Assembly (NCBI GenBank): GCA_964016885.1
Contig: CAXHJY010000025.1
Coordinates: 1 to 33,935 of the forward strand
Direction of reading: 5' to 3'
Length of the DNA: 33,935 bases
Source: Eledone cirrhosa
Lineage: Eukaryota
Shown here piece by piece: positions 1 through 13,954 of the stretch; position 1 is the first letter of the stretch; every line of letters starts with the position of its first letter. The notes beneath the pieces were generated by a model, which was given only the letters and a program-made list of their open reading frames with translations, made no database searches and was not told the DNA's origin. The translations under genes and the position numbers were made by a program.

Positions 1-156
1 ATTTTTTATATATATATATATATTAACAATATATTTAGAAACACACAGATACATGCGGACACACACATATACATGAATGCATCCGCACCCAACCGTGAGT
101 TAAGGTATGATACATTTCATTACTAATTATATCTAAATGTTTCTTCTCTCTTCATA

Positions 157-198
157 ATGTATATATATATTATGTATATATCTATAATATATACATAT

Positions 199-256
<58 letters not shown>

Positions 257-273
257 TATATATATTATATATA

Positions 274-317
<44 letters not shown>

Positions 318-608
318 TATATATATTATATATATATATATATTATATATATATACATTCATTTGATTTATTGATTTATTGATATTTTATCTGAGTGTCC
401 CGAATCTTCCAGATCGTAATTTTTCGGTCGTATGGTTGATTTTAGACATGTTCTATGTGTGACGGTATTGTAACGATAGTCATAGCTCTGATTTATCTGA
501 ATTATTGAGCCCTCTGCCGCTCATTTCGAATTTTGTTTATCGTGAACTCGTGCGCCGATTTTTCGATACTCGATTATTCTACTATATTATATGTATATAT
601 ATATTATA

Positions 609-651
<43 letters not shown>

Positions 652-764
652 ATATATGATATGTATATATATATTATATATGTATATATATATTATATAT
701 ATATTATATATATATATTATATGTATATATATATTATATATGTATATATATATTATATATATAT

Positions 765-795
<31 letters not shown>

Positions 796-819
796 TATAT
801 ATATTATATATATATTATA

Positions 820-880
<61 letters not shown>

Positions 881-1013
881 ATATTATATATATATTATAT
901 ATATATATATATATTATATATATATATATATATTATATATATATATATATATTATATATATATATAATATATATATATATTATATATATATATTATATAT
1001 ATATATATATTAT

Positions 1014-1059
<46 letters not shown>

Positions 1060-1711
1060 ATAATATATATATATATTATATATATATTATATATATGTAT
1101 ATATTATATATATATATAATATACATATATATTATATATATGTATATATTATATATATGTATATATTATATATATATATAATATATATATATACTATATA
1201 TATATTATATGTATGTATATATTATATATATATATATAATATATATATATATTATATATATGTATATATTATATATATATATAATATATATATATACTAT
1301 ATATATATTATATGTATGTATATATTATATATATATATATAATATATATATATATTATATATATGTATATATTATATATATATATAATATATATATATAT
1401 TATATATATGTATATATTATATATATATATTATATATATATATATTATATATATATTATATGTATGTATATATTATATATATATATATATAATATATATA
1501 TATATTATATATATGTATATATTATATATATATATATATAATATATATATATATTATATGTATATATATATTATATATATATATATATTATATATATATA
1601 TATAATATATATATATATATTATATGTATATATATATTATATATATATTATATATATATATATATATATAAATATTTTATATATATATATTATATGTATA
1701 TATATATTATA

Positions 1712-1744
<33 letters not shown>

Positions 1745-1777
1745 AATATTTTATATATATATATATATAATATATAT

Positions 1778-1809
<32 letters not shown>

Positions 1810-2031
1810 ATATATACATACATATAATATATATATAATATATATATATATTATATATATATATAATATATACATATATATAATATAAATATATATTATA
1901 TATATAAATATATATATTATATATATATATATATATATTATTTGTATATATATATTATATTTATATATATATATATATGTATATATATATTATATATAAA
2001 TATATATATATATGTATATATATATTATATT

Positions 2032-2064
<33 letters not shown>

Positions 2065-2123
2065 TATATATAAATATATATATATGTATATATATATTAT
2101 ATTTATATATATATATATATGTA

Positions 2124-2173
<50 letters not shown>

Positions 2174-2274
2174 TATATGTATATGTATATATATATTATA
2201 TGTATATGTATATATATATTATATGTATATGTATATATATATTATATGTATATGTATATATATATTATATATAT

Positions 2275-2327
<53 letters not shown>

Positions 2328-2390
2328 GTATATGTATATTATATATTATATATATATATATATATATAATATATATATGTATATGTATAT

Positions 2391-2431
<41 letters not shown>

Positions 2432-2443
2432 GTATATGTATAT

Positions 2444-2474
<31 letters not shown>

Positions 2475-2490
2475 ATATGTATATGTATAT

Positions 2491-2545
<55 letters not shown>

Positions 2546-2557
2546 GTATATGTATAT

Positions 2558-2590
<33 letters not shown>

Positions 2591-2612
2591 ATATGTATAT
2601 GTATTTGTATAT

Positions 2613-2643
<31 letters not shown>

Positions 2644-2659
2644 ATATGTATATGTATAT

Positions 2660-2703
<44 letters not shown>
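157..2703. repeat. Degenerate (TA)n microsatellite field, interrupted by a unique island at ~357-582
   Basis: Directly visible; all YIYI-type ORFs here are artefacts. Confidence 0.97.
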
Positions 2704-2707
<4 letters not shown>

Positions 2708-3132
2708 GGAAAAAATGAAACGAAATTTCATTTCCCACTCTTAGTACGGCTGTTACTTAAATATAAGTATGTACACGTACATACATATATGTATACAGAC
2801 GTACAGTAGTATGTATATATATATATACATACATGCATATATATATATATCTACGTATGGATTCACCGAACATTTATTATAATGCCCGGTGTGTTTGTAA
2901 ACAAACATCCCGTATTAATCCGTAGTGTCTAGCAACCATCGTTGCTCGTTTGTTCAACACTGACAAAGGAACGCTGTACTAGTTTGAAGCTTATTAGCTA
3001 TCGTCAGCAACATATACCTTCCGGCCAGATTGTTTAACGTATATACTTACCTTATGCATATTAATGGCTGAGTAGCCCAATTTGCATATCGAGTGGGTTA
3101 ATCGGCGCGGGTGCACCGAAAACGAAAAACGG
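2704..3132 (-). mobile_element. Diverged single monomer of the 466-bp HHR repeat family
   Basis: Colinear similarity to the 23.6-26.3 kb unit (gaaatttcattt..cactcttagta; gtatacagacgtacagtag; tgttcaacactgaca; aatttgcatat). Begins and ends with aaacgg. Confidence 0.85.
2971..3013 (-). ncRNA. Type I hammerhead ribozyme, probably inactive (G12C)
   Basis: Minus strand: AUGUUG-CUGACGA-U AGCU AAUA AGCU U-CAAA-CUAG-UA/CAGCGU. GAAA is mutated to CAAA. Confidence 0.7.
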
Positions 3133-3225
3133 CTGAGGTTGAAGTAACAGAATAACGGTCGCCCTCGGGTCCTCGATTTTCAGCCACATGGATTTTATCT
3201 ATTACATTCACGTATTATATTTCGA

Positions 3226-3283
3226 ATACCTGATGATATCACCGGATTCATACGGAACCCGGTCATTGAAATGATCATAGTAT
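3226..3283 (+). ncRNA. Type I hammerhead ribozyme in a pLTR-like fragment (~3133-3333)
   Basis: AUAC-CUGAUGA-stem II (ACCGG/CCGGU, UUC/GAA)-GAAA-UGAUCA-UA/GUAU. Stem III is the palindrome AUGAUCAU. AATAAA follows at 3284, then the element ends in (TA)n. Confidence 0.75.
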
Positions 3284-3332
3284 AATAAACCTTTCAAGGA
3301 TTTACACAAATCCAGCCTCCTGTCATTTCATT

Positions 3333-3337
3333 ATAAT

Positions 3338-3383
<46 letters not shown>

Positions 3384-3390
3384 ATATTAT

Positions 3391-3436
<46 letters not shown>

Positions 3437-3598
3437 ATATTATATATATATAATATATATATATATATAATATATATATATAATATATAAATATATAATA
3501 TATATAATATATAAATATATAATATATAATATATATATATATATATATATTTAATATATATATATTATATATATTTAATATATATATATTATATATAA
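3333..3598. repeat. (TA)n microsatellite
   Basis: Directly visible. Confidence 0.95.
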
Positions 3599-5427
3599 TC
3601 TATATATATAAAACTGAGGTTGTCTGTCTGTCTACTAAAACCTTCGGCACACATCTTCTCTTAAACCGTACGTTCAAATTTCGGTGAAATTGCTACACTT
3701 ATAGATGAAGGTCCGGCGGAACCATCGGTCAAATAAATTTTCAAATAAGTTCCTGTTTTTTATTATGTCATCTATATATATAAAATTGAGGTTGTCTGCC
3801 TGTCTACTAAAACCTTCGGCACACATCTCCTCTTAAACCGTACGTTCAAATTTCGGTGAAATTGCTACACTTATAGATGAAGGTCCGGCGGAACCATCGG
3901 TCAAATAAATTTTCAAATAAGTTCTTGTTTTTGATTATGTCATCTATATATATAAAGCTGTGGTTGTCTGTCTATCGATTTTTGGCACACATCTCCTCTT
4001 AGAATCTCTGACGGAATTGCACCGAAATTGCTATACTTGTACATTGAGCCCTAGCGAAGACATCGGAAAAAAATATTTCAAATTGACCCACCCTATGTGA
4101 CGAAATCGAATCTAATGTATCGATTTTTGAGCGTAAGTGACGAGTTATTTCCCTTTGTTCTTCGATTTATATATATATATATATATATAAAACTGAGGTT
4201 GTCTGTCTGTCTATCGATTTTTGGCACACATCTCCTCTTAGAATCTCTCACGGAATTGCACCGAAATTGCTATACTTGTACATTGAGCCCTAGCGAAGAC
4301 ATCGGAAAAAAAATATTTCAAATTGACCCGCCCTATCTGACGAAATCGAATATAATGTATCGATTTTGTTCTGTTTACATTCAGCGTAGCGTCTTACGTT
4401 CTCTTTACATTTTCTGCGTGCAAAAATTAAAAAAATGATTTCCCTTTGTTCTGTTTACATTCAGCGTAGCGTCTTACGTTCTGTTTACATTTTCTGCGTG
4501 CAAAAATTAAAAAAATTACGCTGGCAAAAATTAAAAAAATTACGCTGGCTTTCTCAGCGTTTAAAATGACGTTAACACAATACACGAACAGTTGTCGAGC
4601 CAGCAAAATTTGTACCTGCAAAATTCATCAGTTCGAACACTAAGCTTCCGTTTTGCTTCATTTCCATTTAAAAGCCCTTTAAAACAATATTTTTACTTGA
4701 AAACAAGTCTATTTAAAGACTACGTAAAACAAGCAAATATTTCGTAAAAAAAAGCAAAAATTATATAAGTTTATTTAAAATATATGTATCTGTAAATTTC
4801 GTTAGGCGTGCAGACAGACAGTCGTGCAGACAGACAGTCGTGCAGAGAGGTGATATACGCGTGCAAACAGACAGTCGTGCAGAGAGGTGATATAGGCGTG
4901 CAGACAGACAGTCATGCAGAGAGGTGATATAGGCGTGCAGACAGACAGTCATGCAGAGAGGTGATATAGGCGATTATTTCCCTTTTATGGAATGAGCAGA
5001 CGATTAGCGAATGTGCAGACGATTAAGTAAATCTTTAGTAGAGTGAATTGGAATCTCCAGTTTGTTTAATAGCTTCATTTGCACTGTACTGCCTTTGTAT
5101 GCTACAACGCTTTAAAAGTTCGGCGAGTTCATTACTTCGTAAGTTATTGATATTTATTTTTTTATTACGACGGTTAGCAAACTTTCCCTATTAAACGTTT
5201 AAATTAATTTTACGGTCTTATAAGGCTGAATTTACTTTAATTCGGGTTATCGTTATGTTTTCTTAACTTCATAAGGCATATTGTTGGTTGAGGGAATATT
5301 AATCAAAAACACCACATGCAAGTCTGCACAGTAGACACTACAGTTTTTAAGCCAAAAAAGAAACTTAACATTGTAACTTTAACACAGCTACTGAGCGACC
5401 CCGAGCAACGCAGGGCTTTACTGCTAG
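3599..5427 (+). mobile_element. Non-autonomous Helitron with stacked 5' ends
   Basis: A|TCTATATATATAAA 5' terminus at 3599, repeated at 3771 and 3943 and degenerate at ~4170. The 3' end has a GC hairpin (cccgagcaacgcaggg) followed by CTAG at 5424-5427, then T. Confidence 0.8.
4805..4971. repeat. 37-bp minisatellite inside the Helitron (also at 5678-5766)
   Basis: Unit gcgtgcagacagacagtcRtgcagagaggtgatatag, about 4 copies. Confidence 0.9.
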
Positions 5428-6070
5428 TATATATATATAAAGCTGTGGTTGTCTGTCTGTCTATCGATTTTTGGCACACATCTCCTCTTAGAATCTCTGA
5501 CGGAATTGCACCGAAATTGCTATACTTGTACATTGAGCCCTAGCGAAGACATCGGAAAAAAAATATTTCAAATTGACCCACCCTATGTGACGAAATCGAA
5601 TCTAATGTATCGATTTTTGAGCGTAAGTGACGAGTTATTTCCCTTTGTTCTGTTTACATTGAGCGTCTTACGTTCTGTCGTGCAGACAGACAGTCGTGCA
5701 GAGAGGTGATATACGCGTGCAGACAGACAGTCGTGCAGAGAGGTGATATAGGCGTGCAGACAGACATAACTGATAATTTGGTTACGCTAATGTTTTTCTC
5801 TGCGTTGCAGTGTTTACATTTTCGATCTTTGTTAATAAATAACCAGTGCAGTTTCTATCCCCAGCATCCTCTTTTGTTATAACATTCGGGTTATCGTTAT
5901 GTTTTCTTAACTTCATAAGGCATATTGTTGGTTGAGGGAATATTAATCAAAAACACCACATGCAAGTTTGCACAGTAGACACTACAGTTTTTAAGCCAAG
6001 AAAGAAACTTAACATTGTAACTTTAACACAGCTACTGAGCGACCCCGAGCAACGCCGGGCTTTACTGCTA

Positions 6071-6071
<1 letters not shown>
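5428..6071 (+). mobile_element. Second head-to-tail Helitron copy, internally deleted
   Basis: Repeats the 3943-type 5' block and the ~190-bp 3' block. Ends cccgagcaacgccggg-ctttactg-CTAG|T. Confidence 0.8.
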
Positions 6072-6106
<35 letters not shown>

Positions 6107-7363
6107 AAATACGTGTGTGTGATTATATGTGTACGTTATGTTTATGTGTGTGTGTGTGTGTGTGTATGCCTGGGTAGTATTATTGATAGGACACGCGACT
6201 TTCTGTCCACATGTTCAATAATCTCAACCACCAAGGTCATACACCCTGTGGTAGCGCTCAAAATTAAATGCCTTTGTCAAGGTGATTAATATTTAATTCA
6301 ATGAACTTGATTCCTAAATATGCAAATGAGGCCAATGGAAATCATCCCCTGAGGATTAAAACCTTGAGTCAATGTATCAAAACTGTGTCATTAACTAGAT
6401 GATGGGGTTATAGTAGACTCTCTGGCCTTCGAGGTAAGCCAATCTTTATATAGTATATCTAACGATGCATAAAATATATACAATTTTGAAACTATACATG
6501 TATATATGTGTGTGCATGCAACAAGCGGATCAACTTAGGTGCTAAACACTGCCCCGTAATAGTGTTCTCCCCACCTTTCCATTGTTTAACAGACGGATAT
6601 TAATCCAGCGTCTCTCAATGGGTCCGAGCCGGCTTGGGGAGAGGGGTGAGCAAAGTTTTTCTACAGGGATGGGACAAAGAAAATTTGCCTATTATCATCA
6701 GCGAAGTAAAGATTAGATAAAAACAACAGCTTCTGCTCCAAATTTATTTAGGTTTTAATAGATTTTAAAAATATAATTTTATACTTTTGAAAATGTTTGG
6801 TTTTAAAACGTACGGATGCCCAAATGTGTTATTAATACCAGGGTGTATTCCATATATTGAAACCTAAATATCTTTGGTGTAGACCTGACATAATCCAGGG
6901 TGTGGTGGCGTGGACTTTTTAATCAAACGGGTTCTTGGCACGCAAACGTAGGAAAATCCGTCCACTTTGGTATAAGGTTTTCCTTGATGCCTTTTATACA
7001 TAAATTGTCAGGGGTAGTGGAAGCATTTCTGAATGGGTTGGGGTAATTTGGTCAATTTAATTGTAGTGATTAGTTTAGCTGTTATCAAATATCAACCAAG
7101 ATATAACAAAAATTAGATATGCGATAAACATAAGATGTACAAAAATTGTAGGTGATATACAAATAGATGTGTGTTTTGGTAGTTTCGGGAGAAAAATATA
7201 GTTTTTTTTTTTTTGGGGGGGGGGGGAATCTGCCGTCGGATGGGGAGAGTTTCAGGTCTGGGAAATGGCGGCAATATTCAGATATATATGAAATTTGTTT
7301 TTATTTCTCTCGACTACTGAATGTGACAATTTAGAAATGATGCAACGGCTGATGCAAACAAAT

Positions 7364-7503
<140 letters not shown>

Positions 7504-7679
7504 GTTTTTCCTATACCTATTTTACCAATATTTCTAACACCAGCTTCTGTCAATACTTAAGTTAACAAAAGTCGGTGGATTGGCAGAAATGTTACAGCAT
7601 CGAGTAAAATGTCTTGCTATTTTGTTACAACATTTTTACCTTTGAGTTTTAATTTCTCTGTTGTTCTAAATAAAATAAT

Positions 7680-7868
7680 TGTTTCTATTTTTGGCACAAG
7701 GCCAGCAATTATCCCAGTGCGTTACTGGTGCTTTATTTTATCGACCCCGTAAGGATGAAAGGCAAAGTCAACCTCGGCAGGATTTAAACTCAGAACGTAA
7801 ATGGCCATAACTCTATGCTGCAAAGCATGTTGTCTGACGCTCTACCGAAACAGCCAATCCACCGCCCT
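7680..7868 (-). mobile_element. tRNA-derived SINE (octopus-type), nested in an older plus-strand SINE
   Basis: Core ttttatcgaccccgtaaggatgaaaggcaaagtcaacct with A/B-box-like head on the minus strand. 16-bp TSD ttctaaataaaataat at 7664-7679 and 7869-7884. Confidence 0.88.
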
Positions 7869-8194
7869 TTCTAAATAAAATAATGTGCCAATAAAATACT
7901 GAACCTATTTAATTGTCTATTCCCTCCACCCAACAGAAATATGAGGTCTTGTGCCAATGTTAGAGGTCATTAGTTTCAATGTTAAGACATCCTCACTGTC
8001 GATGGCGATAGCAAAGTCGGTCTTCATGTGTCACTGAAATGATGTTATACAAATTAATACTAAGTGCTTGCCAATCTGTTGTCAGTAGCATAAATATTCA
8101 AATTACTTTTTAAAACGCATTTATGATATCACTTCCAGCTTGGATTGCTCTGGCGACCCCAGCTGCCGAGAGGTACATCTTCACCCTTAAATGC

Positions 8195-8999
8195 CTATGT
8201 ACCGGTAAGTGTAGAATCAGTAAGCTGATATATTTGCAAACGATATGATGCTACTTAACTCGTCAGAGGATGATCTCCGATATGCACTAAATAAATTTAC
8301 TACTGAGTACTGTACAGTATGAATGAAAATCAGTGTCACTCAAGAAAGCCTGTACAGTACACTCTGTATGTGCGTAGAGCTCCACTGAAGTAGGTTGAAA
8401 AGTTCAAGTATCTCGGGGACCTTTTCACAAGTCATGGAAGGCAGAAGGCTGAATTAAGTGCAAGAATTGCAGAAGCTTGTGCGGTAATGTGCCAGCTTCA
8501 GCATTCAGTTATCAAGATGGAGTTAGGTGTAAAATCCAAACTCGCTATCTTCAATTCAGTGTTCATGCCTACCCTTATCTATGGCCAGGAATCTTGGGTA
8601 ATGGCGAAAAAAATACGATTGCGAATACAAATAGCCGAAATGGGGCTCCACTGAAAGTTCTCTGGAGTATCATTACTTGATAGTGTGTGTAGCTCGGAGA
8701 TAAGACAGTCACTCCAGACAGAGCCACTACTTCTGTGAATTGAGAGATCATAGCTCCGATACTATGGACATGTGGTTAGAATGTCGCTGGAAAGAAGCGC
8801 TGGACAGATTTTACGGACAACGTCAACCGATAGGAGCACAAGAAATAGATCACGAGCAAAATGCTTGGAGAACATCCATGAACTCGGTTGGCCTCGCTTA
8901 GGGATCCTGCCAGATCATTTGGAGAAGGTTGTTTCTGATATTGTCACACTGGGGTGCATGTCTGAGGACTCTGCTCTCACGACCCTCCCAGGAATATGA
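8195..8999 (+). pseudogene. Decayed RTE-clade LINE, RT C-terminal part (Rex3/Expander-like)
   Basis: Manual translation through stops: FAND (FADD-like), VEKFKYLGDLFTSHG, SKLAIFNSVFMPTLIYGQESW, IQIAEMG, EPLLL*IERS*LRYYGHVVRM. Confidence 0.88.
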
Positions 9000-9699
9000 A
9001 AAAGAGAAGACACATTTTGGAATTTTTAGACACATTTTTGAATATTTTAGACTATACATCTGTATAGCCCTACTTTACAATGGGTTTGTTGTATATTTAA
9101 TAGCACTAGAGTGTGCATTGTGACCCAGACTCTGAGACTCTTCTTTTAATTCACAAATCATAACGATTTATAACTTTAGCACAAATCTAATAATTAAATG
9201 GGGAACAGTGGCAGTCGATTACATCGGTCCCGTTACATGACTGGTACTAATTTTAGCCTCGAACTCGGAACATAAGGAAGAAACTATACGCTGCAAGGCC
9301 TTTTGGCCATTACTCTACTGATTCTACTAATGCATCACCGCAAGTCCGTCTCGAAGGTGTAGGATAGGAGTACTGAATGACACCGCTACCCTACTTTTCA
9401 ATTGTGCACTCTCTTTTAAGCCTTGACTTTACTAACCTTTCTTCTTAAAGATCAAAAATATATTTAAATAAAGAATAAACAAAAAAACAAAACAAAATAA
9501 GTTAACAAAAGAAATCGGTAAAAAAATTCCCTGGGGAAATAATAAAAAGACGAAAGAAATGATACTGAACAACAACAACAACAACAACATCAATAACTAC
9601 AACAGTAACAACGGAGACGGGAAGAGGGTTAAGAAAAAAAAAGAAATTTTGAGAAAACATTTTTTTTTTTTGTCTATTCTTAATCGATGTGTAAGACAG

Positions 9700-9785
9700 C
9701 GAATTGGTAGAGTCGTTAGAACATCGGATAGAATGCTTTGCGGTATTCATTCCGGCTTTCTGCTCTTTGCCTTTCATCCTTTCGA
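9700..9785 (+). mobile_element. SINE 5' fragment
   Basis: A-box-like tggtagagtcgttagaacatcgg and ctttgcctttcatcctttcg match the SINE family above. Confidence 0.6.
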
Positions 9786-10730
9786 TATCTTCTCTGGAAG
9801 AAAGTTGCTGTGTTCAAACCTGGAGAGGAGATGCGCTCTACCAGAGGAGATGCGCTCTACCGCGGCGTCTCTACGATTCCATCATGAGTTACAGATCTAA
9901 GAGAAGAAAATCGATATTTAAAACATAAATTCAAAGAAATTGTCGAAAAACCATTTACGGTCATATACTTATTCCGAAACTCCGCATTTCTTGCGGATTA
10001 GAGTGCCCATCCAGAATATTTTGAAGCCACCTCGCCCTACCCTCGAGCACCAAAGCTCAGGAACAGGCCTGCATCGCATTGAAAAGAGACTACTAATAAT
10101 GGTTTCTGATTTAGGCACAAGGCCTACTACTACTACTTGTAGTGCTACTACTACTAGTTTTAAACCAGGTGTTGTATTAGGCTTACCAATCAAAGGATCG
10201 AAGACTTTTAAAAAATTAGGAGTGGTTACAGTTTTGAACTGAAAAAAGCATAACAAAAGTAAAATTAAACTTTTATAGCACGTTCTTTGGCCATGTGATG
10301 TTTGGGATTAATAATATCATGTATCTTATAAACGTTTTTATAGATTAGGATCAAAACAGCGTGAGCGATTTAGACGGATTAAACACACTAATAGCGTATC
10401 CATCGGTAGTTCACATATTGTTCAATTCTATTTAGTATGATTCCTCTGTTGTGTTGAAGTAGCGAGGAAGGAAGAATTAGATGTGCTTTAAACGTAAACA
10501 ATTTGCACCAAGGATTGCAATTTATTGAAATGTGCTTCCAGTAAATATTAATTGCTGGAACATCTTTCAGTGAGTATAACGTTTTTATGATTTTATTTTG
10601 CTGGTGAGACTATTTAAGAAATGAATGTAAGAGTTGATGAAATACTAAAGTACATGTATATAGTTGTTTTCTTCTTGTGATAGGTAAAATTAATCACTCG
10701 TGGGTGATTATTTAATTGTAGACAGAATTG

Positions 10731-10916
10731 CAGACCTGTAAATTTTCCCCGTCCGACGAGATCTCCCACTCACTTTGGGGTGGGTGAGAGATGTCTTCTC
10801 TTATAAAAATGGGTATGCCTTTCACTATCTTCCCATTTTGCCTCATTTCTCCTTGTTTTGGGGGAACCTTTTTTCATGGTACTCCCCGTTTGGGTTTTTA
10901 GAGGTTGGCAGGTCTG
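10731..10916. mobile_element. MITE with CAGACCTG TIRs, possibly hAT-derived
   Basis: cagacctg...caggtctg flanked by the direct repeat gaattg. A homologous copy lies in opposite orientation at 21959-22153. Confidence 0.8.
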
Positions 10917-11865
10917 GAATTGTATAGAGATAATGACTTTTATAACGGAGAGTAGGGCGAAATAAATATATGTGATCACAGTTTAGATTGGGGAATTTAA
11001 ATATGGAATTCGATTTCACTGATGGGCTGAGAAATTTTAACGGGGAGCAGAATATTACGTGAACTTTAAATTTTATGGTTCCCGACGAATATAAATCAAA
11101 TCCTAACTTCATAGATTCTTTGAATATTGTATCCCATCCAGTACCGGATTTGCCATTGTGCTTAGATGTCCTTAAGCACAGGCCACCGTTGACCAGAGGG
11201 GCCCATCTTCCTGCCAATGTTTTTAAAACTCATTCAGGGCCCAAGTAAGGGGCCTCATAACTTAACTAGCACAAGGCCTCATTTGTCCTAACTCCTGCAC
11301 TGAACACACCTTTGATGTAACTTTGCTCTATAAATGTCTTAAAGAAATGAATTGAAAACTGGTACTATATCAACAGTGGCAAAACGTCATGCTGTTAGAA
11401 AATATTAGCCGAACTTTAACAAGAAATTATTTGTGGTGTGTTGTGCGAAGGAAGCGGGGGTCGAGAGGATGTCTGTGTCAGCTCGCGACTACATGAGCGC
11501 CTAAAATTCTCAATTAAAGCATCGTATACACTACCAAGTCGTACTCGATTGCATGGGACGGTCGTAGTTTAGTTACATATAAATAACATCCTTTTATTCT
11601 TTTGATGGTTTCAATCATTGGACTACGACCATGCTGGAGTTCGTATTCAAGAGTTTAGTCGATCCTATAGATCCTAGTATTTATTTCAGTTTTGTGCTTA
11701 TTTTATCGATCTCTTTTTATTAAGCTGCTTGGTTATATAAAGGGACATAACATACCGATTTTTAACAAACAGTGCAAAAATAAACACACACGCATATATA
11801 CGTGTACATACACATACATACATACATACATACATACATACATACATACATACATACATACATAC

Positions 11866-13954
11866 ATCATGTATAAATTATATACTGGGTGACTTAACCT
11901 GTTCTTACAGGATCACTGTGCTACCAACAACATCATAACATCTGAGCAAGCTGGTGGAAAGAGAGAGGTGTGGGGTTGCATAGATCACCTACTAACTAAT
12001 AAAATGATTCAAGAAAAAACAACAAAGAATCGCAGAAAAATGACTGTGGTGTGGCTGGACTATCAAAAAGCATTTGATAGTGTACCTCATGGGTGGATTG
12101 TTAAGGCTTTACAGTTAGCTAAAGTTCCACAACCATTGGTAGCTGCGGTTGAACGTCTGACCAAGAACTGGTACACCAATTTGATCCTTAGAGGTGAGAA
12201 GGAGCAAGTTAAGACCAGAAAGGCATCTTTCAGGGTGATAGCTTGTCAGTGCTACTCTTCGTTCTCTCACTAAATGCACTATCTTACCTACTCAGGGAAC
12301 ACGGTAGACAAAGAAGTGGGTCCAGAAGTATCTTCCATCTTTTCTTTGTTGATGACCTGAAGTTGTATGGGCCAAATATCAATGACATCAAGAAACAATT
12401 GGACCTCATTACACAATTTTCAACAGACATCAAAATTAAATTTGGTGAGTCCAAGTGTGCATATTTGGCAGTAAAACGTGGAAGAGCTGTGCCCTCCTCT
12501 AGAAATCTAGAGATGAACGGCCTGAAATACAACCTCTACAGTCAGGTGACAACTACAGATATCTTGGAGAATGTCAGATATGATGGATCCATAAATAAGG
12601 AGAGAACCAGAACTGAATACCCAAGAAGAGTAAAGAAAATATGGTCATCAGAACTGTCAGCGTACAACAAATACATTGCCCACAATACTTATGCTGTGCC
12701 AATTCTAACGCCAACATTTGGCCTACTGAACTGGTCATTGCAAGAGCTAAGTGAGATGGATGTTAGAACTCGCAAACTTCTCAGTATTACTGGGAACTTT
12801 AACATCAATGGTGATGTGGATAGGCTATACTTCTCACGCAAGGAAGGTGGCCGGGGTCTAAAATCCATATTAACATCATATGAGACCCGGATAGTAACAC
12901 TGAAGCAACATCTTCAACAGAGGAAAAAGGTTGGCAACCATCTTGCCCAGGTTTATGAGCATGAAAATAAAAATATCATTAGAATAGCCACTGATCTGGA
13001 AGAGAGATATGGAATAAAGCCTGATATAAATCTCTCACCCAGAAAAATCGGAAGATCCTATTCAATGTTCAAACAAGATGAAAAAAAAAAATTGTCCAAT
13101 TTACAGAAAAAGTTGTGCATGGATACTTGAGGCGTAAAACACAGACCATAGAGGGGATTAACCACTCAAAAAGCCTGGCATGGAGTTCCGACAAGTTTAT
13201 GACATCACACCTTGAGGGATATCTCTATGCAATACAGGAACAAGAACTCCCTACCAAATATCTGCTGCACAAAAGGGGAGGACCATCAGCTGACAATAAA
13301 TGTAGGCTATGTAAAACAAAGATCGAGGATGTAAGCCACATTGTTGCCAGCTGCGAAAGAATGTCATCTCGCTACTACCTCCCCATGAGACACGATGGGA
13401 TAGCTAGAACCATCTGGAACGCACTTCGGAAAACAAAATTAACAACAAACGAGGAAGAATATATTGAGACAGATGGCACTAAGGAATACTGGTGGAACCT
13501 GAAAATAATAACTGCCACCAAATTAAAGCACAACCGGCCTGATATTGTTGTTTGGGACTACACATTGAAAACGTGTTCTGTTGTGGAGATCAGCTGCCCA
13601 CTTGATGTAAACGTTGTCAGAAAAATACAGGAGAAGGAGGACATCTACGGACCATTGATGAGGAGTTTACAAATCCAGTATCCAAGATACACCTTTAGCT
13701 TCATACCCATCATTATTGGAGCTACGGGTTATATACCAACCCGCTTGGACCAAAGTATGACTGAACTTGGATTTGCAGACTAAGAGCGCAGCTCCCTAAT
13801 TCATAGTCTACAAATGGCTGCGATAGCTGGCACCTTCAAAATTTGCAAAACATTCTTGCGATTCAAGGGATGACAATTTCTTTTCTTATACAATCTTGCC
13901 ACCAGGAAGGTGGCCGGTCAAAAAAATATACTCGAAATTAAGAGAAAGAGATAA
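11866..13954 (+). mobile_element. 5'-truncated, frameshifted non-LTR retrotransposon with RT and restriction-like endonuclease (R4/Dong-like)
   Basis: WLDYQKAFDSVPH, LFFVDDLKLY, DRLYFSRKEGGRGL, CCHC knuckle CRLC..HIVASC, RHD, KHNRPDIVVWD..VEISCP. Split over ORFs 11968-12273, 12243-13130 and 13115-13783; reading continues past the stop to 13873. (CATA)n on both flanks. Confidence 0.93.

Noticed and set aside
157-2475. Long Y/I-rich ORFs (also at 22.7-23.8, 26.2-27.2 and 30-31.8 kb)
   Set aside because: Translations of (TA)n, which lacks stop codons.
4625-4631. Minus-strand CTGATGA
   Set aside because: No stem II or GAAA follows.
8260-8266. Minus-strand CTGACGA
   Set aside because: Lies within RTE coding remnant; no HHR fold.
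9559-10256. ORFs of 74-113 aa
   Set aside because: Built from (AAC)n/(TAC)n repeats and SINE fragments; no protein motifs.
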